Part shown: piece after piece, positions 54,101 through 64,000 of the stretch
How positions within the stretch are numbered: the stretch's first letter is position 1
Layout: each line of letters begins with the position of its first letter
Assembly (NCBI RefSeq): GCF_006345805.1
Contig: NC_043012.1
Location: 1,922,001-1,986,000, forward strand
Reading direction: 5' to 3'
From: Octopus sinensis
Taxonomy: Eukaryota
Length of the DNA: 64,000 nucleotides
Program-made: the position numbers and the translations under genes
Notes under the pieces: model-generated
The model's input: the letters and a program-made list of their open reading frames with translations, nothing else
What the model was told of the DNA's origin: nothing
The model's database searches: none

Positions 54101-57100
54101 TGACTTTCCCTTCTAACCTCTGATACACTGCATCAAGATGGAATCACAATAGGAACCCTACAAACCAATAGATCATAAGATTTCCTCATCTCTGCACTAT
54201 TTAAAGCTATACTGTTTAATTGTTCCTCATCTCTGGTCTATGCCAGTGCTTCTCAAACTATCTGATGTGGCATACTGGCAGTTTTTTTTCCACGTGCCCA
54301 GAACTGGTAATATTTCTTTGTAATATTAATTGATACTGGAAATAATATGTATAATGAATGCCAGTGCCGCCTCGACTGGCTTCCGTGCCGGTGGCACATA
54401 AAATGCACCAATCCGACCGTGGCCGTTGCCAGCCTCGCTTGGCACCTGTGCAGGTGGCACGTAAAAAGCACCCACTACACTCACGGAGTGGTTGGCGTTA
54501 GGAAGGGCATCCAGCTGTAGAAACATTGCCAGATAAGACTGGAGCCTGGTGCAGCCTTCTGGCTTCCCAGATCCCTGGTCGAACTATCCAACCCATGCTA
54601 GCATGGAGAACAGACGTTAAACGATGAAAAAAAATAAAAATGTAATAAAAGTTGACAATTTTTTAAATCTTATATTTATTTTATAAACAAATAACACAGT
54701 ATTACATAAGCATGTTATAATGTTTCTTCCTTTTCTGGAACCTCGTTGCAGGCCACCACTTTTAGTAACACTAGTCTATGCTATTTAATGAAAACTATTT
54801 CTTATTTCAGCCATTAATGGTTGTGGCTGACCTTTCAAACGAAGGTGATGTCAAAAATGTGATGGAGAAAACCATTTCTCATTTTGGAAAACTAAACATT
54901 TTGGTAAATATATTTGTTTCTTAATCTGTTACAATTTCTAATGTTCCTGATCTTCACACCTTATCTTTAATCCTTTTTCGTTTTAAAATGTCCACTTAAA
55001 AACTATAACCTTCCACCATCATTTGAAGTAAAACTTTAATAAGTTATGTTCCAGACACCAATTTAATTAATAATCCATTCTACTAAAGGCACCAGACCTG
55101 AAATTAAGGGGTGGGGCTACTTGATTACATCAACCTCAGTGCTCAACTGGTATTTTTTTCATCAACCTCAAAAGGATGAAAAGCAAAGTCAACCTCATTG
55201 GAATTTGAACTTAGTGTGTGGTTAGGGAGCTGGCTTCCTAGCTACATGGTTTCAGGTTCAGTCCCACTGTGTGGCACTTTGGGTAGGTGTCTTCCGCTAT
55301 AGCCCCGAGTCGACCGAAGCTTTGTGATTGAATTCGGTAGGTGGAAGTTACTGCCGTGTGTGTATGTGTGCGTATAGCTGCTCAGTGCCTCTCCCAAAGA
55401 GAGAGGGAATGTGAAGACGACCAGCGTTTTGCCCGTTGTGCTAACAATTCTGCCAGCTCCCTGCCTTCACCAGTTCAATTAATAATGAAAATTTTTCTTT
55501 TGCTTTGTTATATTTTTTGTGTAAAACTTCAATAAATTATGTTCCAGACACCACTTTAACTAAGAATGAAATTTTTTTTTCTTGTTTTATAACAAATTTA
55601 AATATGGACTTCACATTAGAAATGTGGTTATGAAAGGGCTAAATGACATTCTCTTCCTTTTTGTTTTTGATATTCTTTAACAATTTCTTGGGCCCTTATT
55701 TTGTCCCCTTTTTGTGTGTGTGTGTGTGTTATTCCTTACCTCTACGATGCCTTGTTTCTACTTAACAATCCATGCTTATTATTTATTTTTTGTATTGTAT
55801 CTACAGGTAAACTGTGCTGGAATTTTGGCTAATGGATCTATTGAAACCACTAGCTTGAAACAATTTGATGAAGTCTTTAACATTAATGTACGGTACGAAA
55901 TTTAAATTTGGAATTAATCTTCTAAGTTAATTATTGGCTTGAGGAAAGGATTTCTTTTTTGTATCTTTATCAAGAATTCCTCCATTTTCAATTCTGTGGT
56001 GTCTCTCCAATCACAAAAATATGTAATTCATCTCTCTCATCTCTTGTGTTGTTTGTGGTGCCAAAAATGTTAGTTTTGTAAAATAAAAAGTAATAGTGGA
56101 GACAATGGTTGGAGAGTGTAAAATGAAGATAATCTCCAACCATCTAATCACAACTGGAAATGTAGTAATAGATGATGAAATAGTTGAACCATGTGAACCA
56201 ATTTGCCCATCTTGAACAAATAATTCTGCAACAAATACAATTAGGATGGGCATTCTTTGGTAAAGTGAATCACATCATGAGCAGTAAATTGTCCATGTGT
56301 CTAAAAGGAAAGGTCTTCAACCAGGGTATGCTGTCTACATGCTGATGTATGCATCAGAAACATGGACTGCCAACATGAGCATTGAAAATAAATTAAGATT
56401 AACACAAAGAACTATGGAGGGGGAGAATGCTGAAAATTAAGAAAATGGGTAAGTGGTGAAACAACAGGATGAGAGTGGCAAAAAAGGTTTAACAGATTTA
56501 TTTCTGGAAGATATAAATCCAGATATGGTCTTTTGTGGGACGTGTGATTAGAAGAAAGGAGAATAGAGAGAATAGCAAACTGACAGATGGACACCACATC
56601 TGAAAAAAGGGAAACATCATGCAGAAGTTGGAATGAAGACTTTGTCAAATCGTTCAGTACTCAAACGTGGTTGGTGGAGAGATGATGTTGAGGCCTTCAT
56701 CCATCAGTGGACTGAACATGTGCAAGAATGAAGACATGATTTTAAAAAATGGTTTGGGTGCTATTTCTAGCAGGTCTAGAAATAGAAGTTACCTTGTTGG
56801 CTTCAAAGGTCCCTGTACCTTTGGGTAAAATTTGTTTTTCTGTTTGACAATCTACTTTCCTTTCACTTGTGTGACAGCAAGATTTGATCTCAGGTTTGTT
56901 TTTTCACTAACCTGTTAATTTCCTCTTAATAAAGCCACTCCACCACTAATGAGACTCTCTTTGCATTCTCAACCACCTTGTTACCTCCTCTTTAAATACT
57001 GAGATATCTGGCACCATTCTGTACTCAAGAAGACCTGTTGTCCACAGCAGATGTGTTAATGCCACACTCTCTGATGAAGAGGGTTGGCCTACAAGAACCC

Positions 57101-60100
57101 TGTGCCAGTGCCATGTAACAAGCACTCATGCCAGTGCCATGTAAAAAGCACCCAGCACACTCTGTCAAGTGGTTGGCATTAGGAAGGGCTTCCAGCCATA
57201 GAAACCAAACCAAATCAACTGGAACCTGGTGCAGCTTCCCAGCTCTGATCAAACTGTCCAACCCATGCCAGCACAGAAAACAGACGTTAAATGATGATGA
57301 TGTTCTTCCCAGTTGTTCTGCTGCTGTGAAATAAAACAAGAACTGTCCGGTGCTGTATTTAACAGTTACAAGTATTGCTGATGTTGGATATCACCATTCA
57401 AATATAGTTACTATGAAATCTCTATAATTCCAGCCATCATTTCCACCTCTCTGTAGGTTCTTTTTATTTTGTTTTTTCCAATATACTTTCTGACCTAAAA
57501 CCCATGTTTTGAGTGACCTAATCATTAAGCTATGAACTACAGACTTTTTATTAGATTTGCATTGAATGTAATTTGAAAATATTGCCTGAATCTCTCTCCC
57601 TCCTACCTTTAATCTATCTATCTATTTGTCTGTCTGTCTATTTATCTGTCTTACTTTCTATGAATTTATCTATCTTTCTTTCTTGCTATCATTTTATTTA
57701 TCTATCTATCTTGCTATCAATCTATCTATCTTTCTTGCTATCAATCTATCTATCTTTCTTGCTATCAATCTATCTATCTTTCTTGCTACCTATCTGTGTG
57801 TGTGCATTGGTTATGTAAATGATAAAATAAATATAAAAGATTTTTTTTGTTAAAAACTGGGTAAATTTCTTCCTCCAGGTCCGTTTATCAACTGACCATG
57901 TTAGCAGTGCCTCATTTGATAGCAACTCAAGGAACTATTGTGAATGTTTCCAGTGTAAATGGCATAAGATCTGTAAGTTGACGCCATTTAGATTTTCCAA
58001 GATTAAATTATAATTTTCATGTGTAAAAGTCAACTTCTCTTTTCAAGAAATTAACATTTCTAGGTAAGTCTTGTCACCTCAGTTGTACTACCTGTGAGAG
58101 AAATTCTGTTGATAGAAACTGTATAGAAGATCCACATGGCTGTGTGGTAAGAAGTTTGATCCTCAACCACAGAGTTCTGGATTCAGTCCCATTGCATGGT
58201 ACTTTAGGCGAGTGTTTTCTACTATAGCCTCGGGCCAACCAAAGCTTTGAGAATGGATTTGGTAGACAAGAAACTGAAAGAAGCTTGTCATATGTGTGTG
58301 TGTGTGTTGGTTTGTCTCCCATCACTGCTTGACAATTACTGTTGGTTTCTTTATATCTCCGTTATCCTTTCGTTACCAACCTAGCTGAAACCGGATCTGG
58401 CTCTGAGTACAAATGTCTTGTTTTCATAAGTTTTGAATTAAAATCTTCCCCCAAACCTTAGTCACAATTTATGTTCCTAACACTAGTTGAATGATAACTA
58501 AGTTATTTTAGTGTGTTGTGTCTGGGGAGAGTCATTTTCTTTTTGTGCCTTATAATTTAACACACTCACCTGTAAAATTTCCACTTATTTTTATTTTCCT
58601 AAAATTTTCGTTGCGTCTTGCAACCTTTTCAATAGTCTTGAAAGACATTTTAGGAAAATAAAAATAAGAAATAAGTGGAAATTTTACCGGTGAGTGTGTT
58701 AGGCACAAAAAGAAATTGACTCTCCCCAGACACAACAGAATATGCTTCAACACACAAACTCATATAATCTTGCAAACCAAATCCAAAAACGAAATAAGTT
58801 ATTTTACTAAATTCTTTGTCATATTTAAAGTAATTGAAAGAAACACAGAGCATCTCAAAATAAATATAGCAATGAAAGGGATAACTTAGCAGTTCAGCAA
58901 ATGAGACTGATAGAGTAAGTACTAGGCTTAAAAAAGAAAAAAGTACTGGGATCGATTCATTTAAACTAAAACTTCTTCGACGTGGTGCTCCAGCATGGCC
59001 ACAGTCTAATGACTGAAACAAATAAAAGATAGAAGATAAAAAAGATGTTCTTCTGAGGTAGTTAATTCATTGACTGGTTTAACATCAACCCCTGGTTCTG
59101 TCATTTGAGAAATTAGCTGAGTTTTTAATTTAGAACCTTTTTTTTTTAATTTAGGGCTCTTTCTTATGCTATAAACCGCACATTAGCTTAATCTACCCCT
59201 TGTTTCATGTTAATAAGGTTTGGATTACATATTGAATGGGTAGACTTGGAATAGTAATTTGACACATTTTATTCTATGATTATACTAAGATTACTTGGAA
59301 AGAGTTTATTCTTAAATATATATATTCAGTCAGTTATAATCACTAAGATAGATAACCTTAATGCATCTAAACTAACTGTTTAGTATCCATTTTAATTCAG
59401 CTTTAGAAACTGACAATGTTCTACCATTATTCTGTATTTATGACAAAGTCTTCCTATTCAATTCAGTTTACCATTTGTATTTCAGTTCCCTGGAGTTCTA
59501 GCATACAATATGTCTAAAAGTGCTTTGGATCAATTCACCTGTACTGTAGCACTTGGTAAGTTGATTTTTTTCCTCATTTCTTTCAAATATTTTTCACTTT
59601 TCTCTTCAGTTCTGTGTTGTTTTGAGCTTGGTCAAGCAGGCCTATGATTAAGTGTTCAGTTCTGTGTTGTTTTGATCCTGGTCAAGCAGGCCTATGATTA
59701 AGTGTTCAGTTGTGTGTTATTTTGACCCTGGTCAAGCAGGCCTATGATTAAGTGTTCAGTTCTGTGTTGTTTTGATCCTGGTCAAGCAGGCCTATGATTA
59801 AGTGTTCAGTTCTGTGTTGTTTTGACCCTGGTCAAGCAGGCCTATGATTAAGTGTTCAGTTCTGTGTTGTTTTGATCCTGGTCAAGCAGGCCTATGATTA
59901 AGTGTTCAGTTCTGTGTTGTTTTGACCCTGGTCAAGCAGGCCTATGATTAAGTGTTCAGTTCTGTGTTGTTTTGAGCCTGGTCAAGCAGGCCTATGATCA
60001 AGTGTTCAGTTCTGTGTTGTTTTGACCCTGGTCAAGCAGGCCTATGATCAAGTGTTCAGTTCTGTGTTGTTTTGACCCTGGTCAAGCAGGCCTATGATCA

Positions 60101-61289
60101 AGTGTTCAGTTCTGTGTTGTTTTGACCCTGGTCAAACAGGCCTATGATTAAGTGTTCAGTTCTGTGTTGTTTTGACCCTGGTCAAACAGGCCTATGATCA
60201 AGTGTTCAGTTCTGTATTGTTTTGACCCTGATCAAGCAGGCCTATGATTAAGTGTTCAGTTCTGTGTTGTTTTGACCCTGGTCAAACAGGCCTATGATCA
60301 AGTGTTCAGTTCTGTATTGTTTTGACCCTGATCAAGCAGGCCTATGATTAAGTGTTCAGTTCTGTGTTGTTTTGACCCTGGTCAAGCAGGCCTATGATCA
60401 AGTGTTCAGTTCTGTGTTGTTTTGACCCTGGTCAAACAGGCCTTTGATTAAGTGTTCAGTTCTGTGTTGTTTTGACCCTGGTCAAACAGGCCTATGATCA
60501 AGTGTTCAGTTCTGTGTTGTTTTGACCCTGGTCAAGCAGGCCTATGATTAAGTGTTCAGTTCTGTGTTGTTTTGAGCCTGGTCAAGCAGGCCTATGATCA
60601 AGTGTTCAGTTCTGTGTTGTTTTGACGCTGGTCAAACAGGCCTATGATTAAGTGTTCAGTTCTGTGTTGTTTTCAGCCTGGTCAAGCAGGCCTATGATCA
60701 AGTGTTCAGTTCTGTGTTGTTTTGAGCCTGGTCAAGCAGGCCTATGATCAAGTGTTCAGTTCTGTGTTGTTTTGACCCTGGTCAAGCAGGCCTATGATTA
60801 AGTGTTCCAGCCATTGTTGTATCTTGTTATTTTATGATGTGCTGAGTATTTTCCATCTTTCTCTATGTTTTGCAGAGTTGGCATCGAAGAAAGTGCGTGT
60901 AAACAGTGTCAAGTAAGTCTCATATCTTCACATTAGTTCTGTTAATGTTCAGATATTTATACCATTATGTAGAATAAGTAATCCTTGTACCATTATGTAA
61001 ATGAGTTGTGCCGTGTGTAATCTTGCTTAGATTATAATAAACAGCTTTTTGATGTTATCTTTTGGTATTTATAAAAGTGAATCCTGATGACGCTTAAGAT
61101 AAAACTCGTCAGTTTGATTCTTATACCAAGCTATCACAAAGCCTGTGACCCTCACAATAATACGAATACAGATTAAAACTTGATACCCCAGCTAAGTTGT
61201 TTGTACTTCTGATTATTTTTTTCAGCCCTGGGGTTATCGTCACTGAAATACACAAAAGAGGAGGCATGAGTGAAGAAGCTTATGCTCAG
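48025..61289 (+). CDS. SDR copy C: classical SDR, FabG-like; exons 1-8 in the window, exon 9 expected beyond the right edge
   Basis: Exons 48025-48067, 51372-51502, 54811-54903, 55807-55892, 57879-57972, 59486-59555, 60876-60912, 61226-61289; all GT-AG with the same sizes as A and B; NVSSVNGIRSFPGVLAYNMSK. Confidence 0.92.
49375..50035 (+). mobile_element. Old degenerate RTE 3' fragment with (GAT)n tail
   Basis: Similar to 1790-2250 plus the tail. Confidence 0.75.
51372..51502 (+). CDS. SDR C exon 2 (GASSGIGAG...CEKNGSK)
   Basis: 131 nt, AG/GT sites. Confidence 0.92.
52060..52610 (-). mobile_element. CR1-clade LINE 3' fragment nested in a family-1 SINE (head 51740-51875, tail 52610-52850)
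   Basis: ORF 52124-52570 VRPHLEFASSVWNP...LESVQRRATK...RGHAYK...FFTLRVAEAWNKLP; (ATT)n tail. Confidence 0.9.
53129..53511 (-). mobile_element. SINE family 2
   Basis: Reverse complement of 9011-9393. Confidence 0.85.
53710..54114 (-). mobile_element. mariner 5' fragment (TIR and degenerate HTH region)
   Basis: TIR-like tagaagggaaagtcaaaaa; remnant GAEIHH...EWKEMFKNG...AGCPSTSTTDEKIQQV. Confidence 0.7.
54244..54773. mobile_element. hAT MITE containing an RTE tail (54358-54628)
   Basis: 8-bp TSD gtctatgc (54236-54243 and 54774-54781); cagtgcttctcaaa TIR. Confidence 0.75.
54811..54903 (+). CDS. SDR C exon 3 (PLMVVADLSNEGDVKNVMEKTISHFGKLNIL)
   Basis: 93 nt, AG/GT sites. Confidence 0.92.
55807..55892 (+). 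CDS. SDR C exon 4 (VNCAGILANGSIETTSLKQFDEVFNINVR)
   Basis: 86 nt, AG/GT sites. Confidence 0.92.
56240..56720 (+). mobile_element. Ancient RTE-like LINE C-terminal fragment (different family)
   Basis: LGWAFFGKV...LKGKVFNQ...MYASETWT remnant with frameshifts. Confidence 0.6.
57610..57795. repeat. (ATCT)n-based compound microsatellite with a short higher-order unit
   Basis: cttgctatcaatctatctatcttt x3-4. Confidence 0.8.
57879..57972 (+). CDS. SDR C exon 5 (SVYQLTMLAVPHLIATQGTIVNVSSVNGIRS)
   Basis: 94 nt, AG/GT sites. Confidence 0.92.
58135..59040 (+). mobile_element. Family-1 SINE interrupted by a piggyBac-like MITE (58365-58880), itself interrupted by a palindromic insert (58511-58794)
   Basis: SINE halves on both sides; cctttcgtt / aatgaaaggg TIRs (same element starts at about 53575); inner inverted repeat flanked by a 12-bp duplication taagttatttta. 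Confidence 0.75.
59486..59555 (+). CDS. SDR C exon 6 (FPGVLAYNMSKSALDQFTCTVAL)
   Basis: YxxxK motif, 70 nt. Confidence 0.92.
59605..60807. repeat. 50-bp minisatellite, 24 units, in SDR C intron 6
   Basis: Unit tctgtgttgttttgaccctggtcaagcaggcctatgattaagtgttcagt with exact 50-bp phase. Confidence 0.97.
60876..60912 (+). CDS. SDR C exon 7 (ELASKKVRVNSVN)
   Basis: 37 nt, AG/GT sites. Confidence 0.9.
61226..61289 (+). CDS. SDR C exon 8 (PGVIVTEIHKRGGMSEEAYAQ)
   Basis: 64 nt, AG/GT sites. Confidence 0.9.
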
Positions 61290-61504
61290 GTAAGACTCAA
61301 TATTTATTTTGTTTATTTCAGCCCCTTTTTGTATCTCACAAACTACTATAAACTGTTTTTAAACAAGTTATTTAGACATTAGTATGTGGCCCAGCTCTGT
61401 TCAACATGATCCACTGGACTTGTTACACATTACACAAGCAAAAATCACTGACATCAAATGAATACATTCACATACATAAGTGCACAGTAGCATAATTTCT
61501 TTGT

Positions 61505-61780
61505 TGCCAGTGCTGCCTGACTTGCTCCCCATGTCGGTGGCACATAAAAAGCACCATCTGAATGTGGTCGATGCCAGTGCTGCCTGACTAGTTCCCATGC
61601 CGGTGGCACATAAAAAACACCCACTACACTCTCTGAGTGGCTGGCGTTAGGAAGGGCATCCAGCTGTAGAAACATTGCCAGATGAGATTGGAGCCTGGTG
61701 CAGCCCCCTGGCTTGCCAGTCCCCAGTCAAAGCGTCCAACCCATGCCAGCATGGAAAACCAACGTTAAATGATAATGATG
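61505..61780 (+). mobile_element. RTE 3' UTR/tail fragment
   Basis: Similar to 2650-2905. Confidence 0.8.
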
Positions 61781-61948
61781 AATAAATAGTTGTACAAAAG
61801 ATATTCACAAACTGTCCACATATACTAAAATATTAGTTAGTTGTAATAGGTGCAAAATACAATCAAATACTGACTACTAGTTATCAAATACAGACCATCC
61901 AGTTATTTTCAAATGACCGAAGCAAAAGGATAAAAGATATATATATAT

Positions 61949-64000
61949 CAGTCCTCAGTCCCCTCCTATTTATCATAGTCCTCCAGGCAATAACGGAGGA
62001 ATTCAAGACAGGTTGCCCCTGGGAGCTCCTCTATGCTGATGACCTTGCTCTAATTGCTGAGTCACTATCAGAACTGGAGGAGAAGTTCAGGTGTGGAAAC
62101 AAGGATTAGAATCGAAGGGCCTTAGAATCAACCTAGCCAAAACCAAAGTTCTAATAAGTAGGAAGGTAGATCAATCACAAACGCCTTCAGGTAGATGGCC
62201 CTGCTCGATCTGTAAAAAAGGTGTAGGTAGAAACTCTATAAGATGCACCAAGTGTAAGCTATGGACACATAAGAGGTGCAGCAATGTCAAAGGAAGGCTA
62301 ACTAGGAAAATAGTTTTTGTCTGTGGCAAATGCTCAGGAGCAATAAACACTGGAAATATGCAGAGACCAACTTCTGCCACGTTCCAGGGAGACAAACTAG
62401 AAGTAGTTGATAGCTTCCGCTACCTAGGAGACCAAGTCAGTAGCGGGGGTGGGTGTGCTGAAAGTGTAACTGCTAGAGTAAGAATAGCCTGGGCAAAGTT
62501 TAGAGAGCTCTTACCCCTGCTGGTGACAAAAGGCCTCTCGCTCAGAGTAAAAGGCAGACTGTATGATGCATGTGTACGTACAGCCATGCTACATGGTAGT
62601 GAAACATGGGCCGTGACTGCTGAGGATATGCGTAAGCTCGCAAGAATGAAGCCAGTATGCTCCGATGGATGTGTAATGTCAGTGTTCATAATCGTCAGAG
62701 TGTAAGTTCCTTGAGAGAAAAGCTGAACCTAAGAAGCGTCAGTTGTGGCGTGCAAGAGAGACGGCTGCGCTGGTATGGTCATGTGACAAGAAAGGCTGAA
62801 GATAGTTGTGTGCAAAAGTGCTACACCCTAGCAGTGGAGGGAACTGTGGAAGAGGTAGACCCAGGAAAACCTGGGACGAGGTGGTGAAGCACGACCTTCG
62901 AACTTAGGTCTCACTAAGGAAATGTCTAGAGACCGAGACCTATGGAAGTATGCTGTGCATGAGAAGACCCGGCAAGACTAGTCAGGCCATAACCCGTGGC
63001 CCCGACCTGGGACGTAGTCAGTCCTGTGCATACCTTCCTTCTTGTGACACTTATGAAGACCTGTTGAGGCAAGTGAAAATCAAATCAAATCAAAACAAAT
63101 CAAAATAGATGAACATCAGTGGAATTGTATTCTTTGTGGTACCAGTGCCGGTGGCACACAAGAAAACCACCCAAACGTGGCCGTAACCAGTACCGCATCG
63201 ACTGGCCTCCGTGCTGTGGGCACAACAAACACCATCCGATCGTGGCCGTTCGCCAGCCTCATCTGGCACCTGTGCCGGTGACACATAAAGACACCATCCG
63301 AAGACCCGGCGACGTAGTCAGTCCACCTGTGCATACCTTCCCTCTTATGACACTTGTGAAGACCTGTTGAGGCAAGTGTGTGACACTTGTGAAGACCTGT
63401 TGAGGCAAGTGAAAATCAAAAATCAAAAATCAAACCAAATCAAAATAGATGAATATCAATGGAATTTGTATCTTTGTGGTTCCAGTCCCGGTGGCACACA
63501 AGAAAACCATCCGAAGTGGCCGTAGCTGGTACCGCATCGACTGGCCTCCGTGCTGTGGGCACAACAAACACCATCTGATCGTGGCCGTTCGCCAGCCTCA
63601 CCTGGCACCTGTGTCGGTGGCACATAAAAAACACCATCCAAAGACCCGGCGACGTAGTCAGTCCACCTGTGCATACCTTCCCTCTTATGACACTTGTGAA
63701 GACCTGTTGAGGCAGAGGCAAGTGTGTGACACTTGTGAAGACCTGTTGAGGCAGAGGCAAGTGTGTGACACTTGTGGAGACCTGTTGAGGCAAGTGTGTG
63801 ACACGCGTGACACTTGTGAAGACCTGTTGAGGCAAGTGAAAATCAAAAATCAAACCAAATCAAAATAGATGAACATCAATGGAATTTGTATCTTTGTGGT
63901 TCCAGTACCGGTGGCACACAAGGACACGCGTGACACTTGTGAAGACCTGTTGAGGCAAGTGAAAATCAAACCAAATCAAAATAGATGAACATCAATGGAA
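61949..64000 (+). mobile_element. 5'-truncated RTE LINE (same family as 1-2905) in SDR C intron 8, with a tandemly rearranged 3' UTR
   Basis: Starts at SVLSPLLF, then YADDLALI, the PHD-like insert, RLRWYGHV and GRPRKTW; several frameshifts; UTR modules repeated 63010-64000. Confidence 0.93.

Noticed and set aside
59605-60807. CRISPR-like regular array
   Set aside because: Head-to-tail 50-bp units with no unique spacers, no cas genes, located in a eukaryotic intron.

Overview
Eukaryotic, AT-rich, repeat-dense genomic DNA. The repeat landscape (tRNA-derived SINEs with internal (TA/CA)n, RTE LINEs ending in (GAT)n) looks like an octopus/coleoid cephalopod genome; this is an inference, not a database result. 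The core of the window is a cluster of paralogous 9-exon classical short-chain dehydrogenase/reductase (SDR, FabG-like) genes, which I spliced by hand with GT-AG sites and matching phases. Copy A (minus, 26630-11344) and copy B (minus, 43279-29456) each encode 266 aa. Copy C (plus, 48025->61289) lacks its last exon, which lies beyond the window, and a relic fourth copy sits at about 44963-45658. Probable terminal exons of an unidentified plus-strand gene lie at 8940-9652. The rest is transposon material: two frameshifted RTE LINEs carrying an internal PHD-like finger, CR1, Tc1, mariner, Tigger, hAT, Helitron and piggyBac-like remnants, two solo-LTR-like elements, many SINEs, several long inverted repeats and two minisatellites. 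The most notable observations are: mosaic (gene-conversion-like) evolution of the paralogs with divergence concentrated at the active site; a 50-bp intronic unit present in 1, 3 and 24 copies in the three paralogs; and a 550-bp minisatellite upstream of copy A built from overlapping STAT(GAS)/NF-kB-like motifs. I found no evidence of a prokaryote-type novel system. Repeat boundaries are approximate; exon coordinates were counted exactly.
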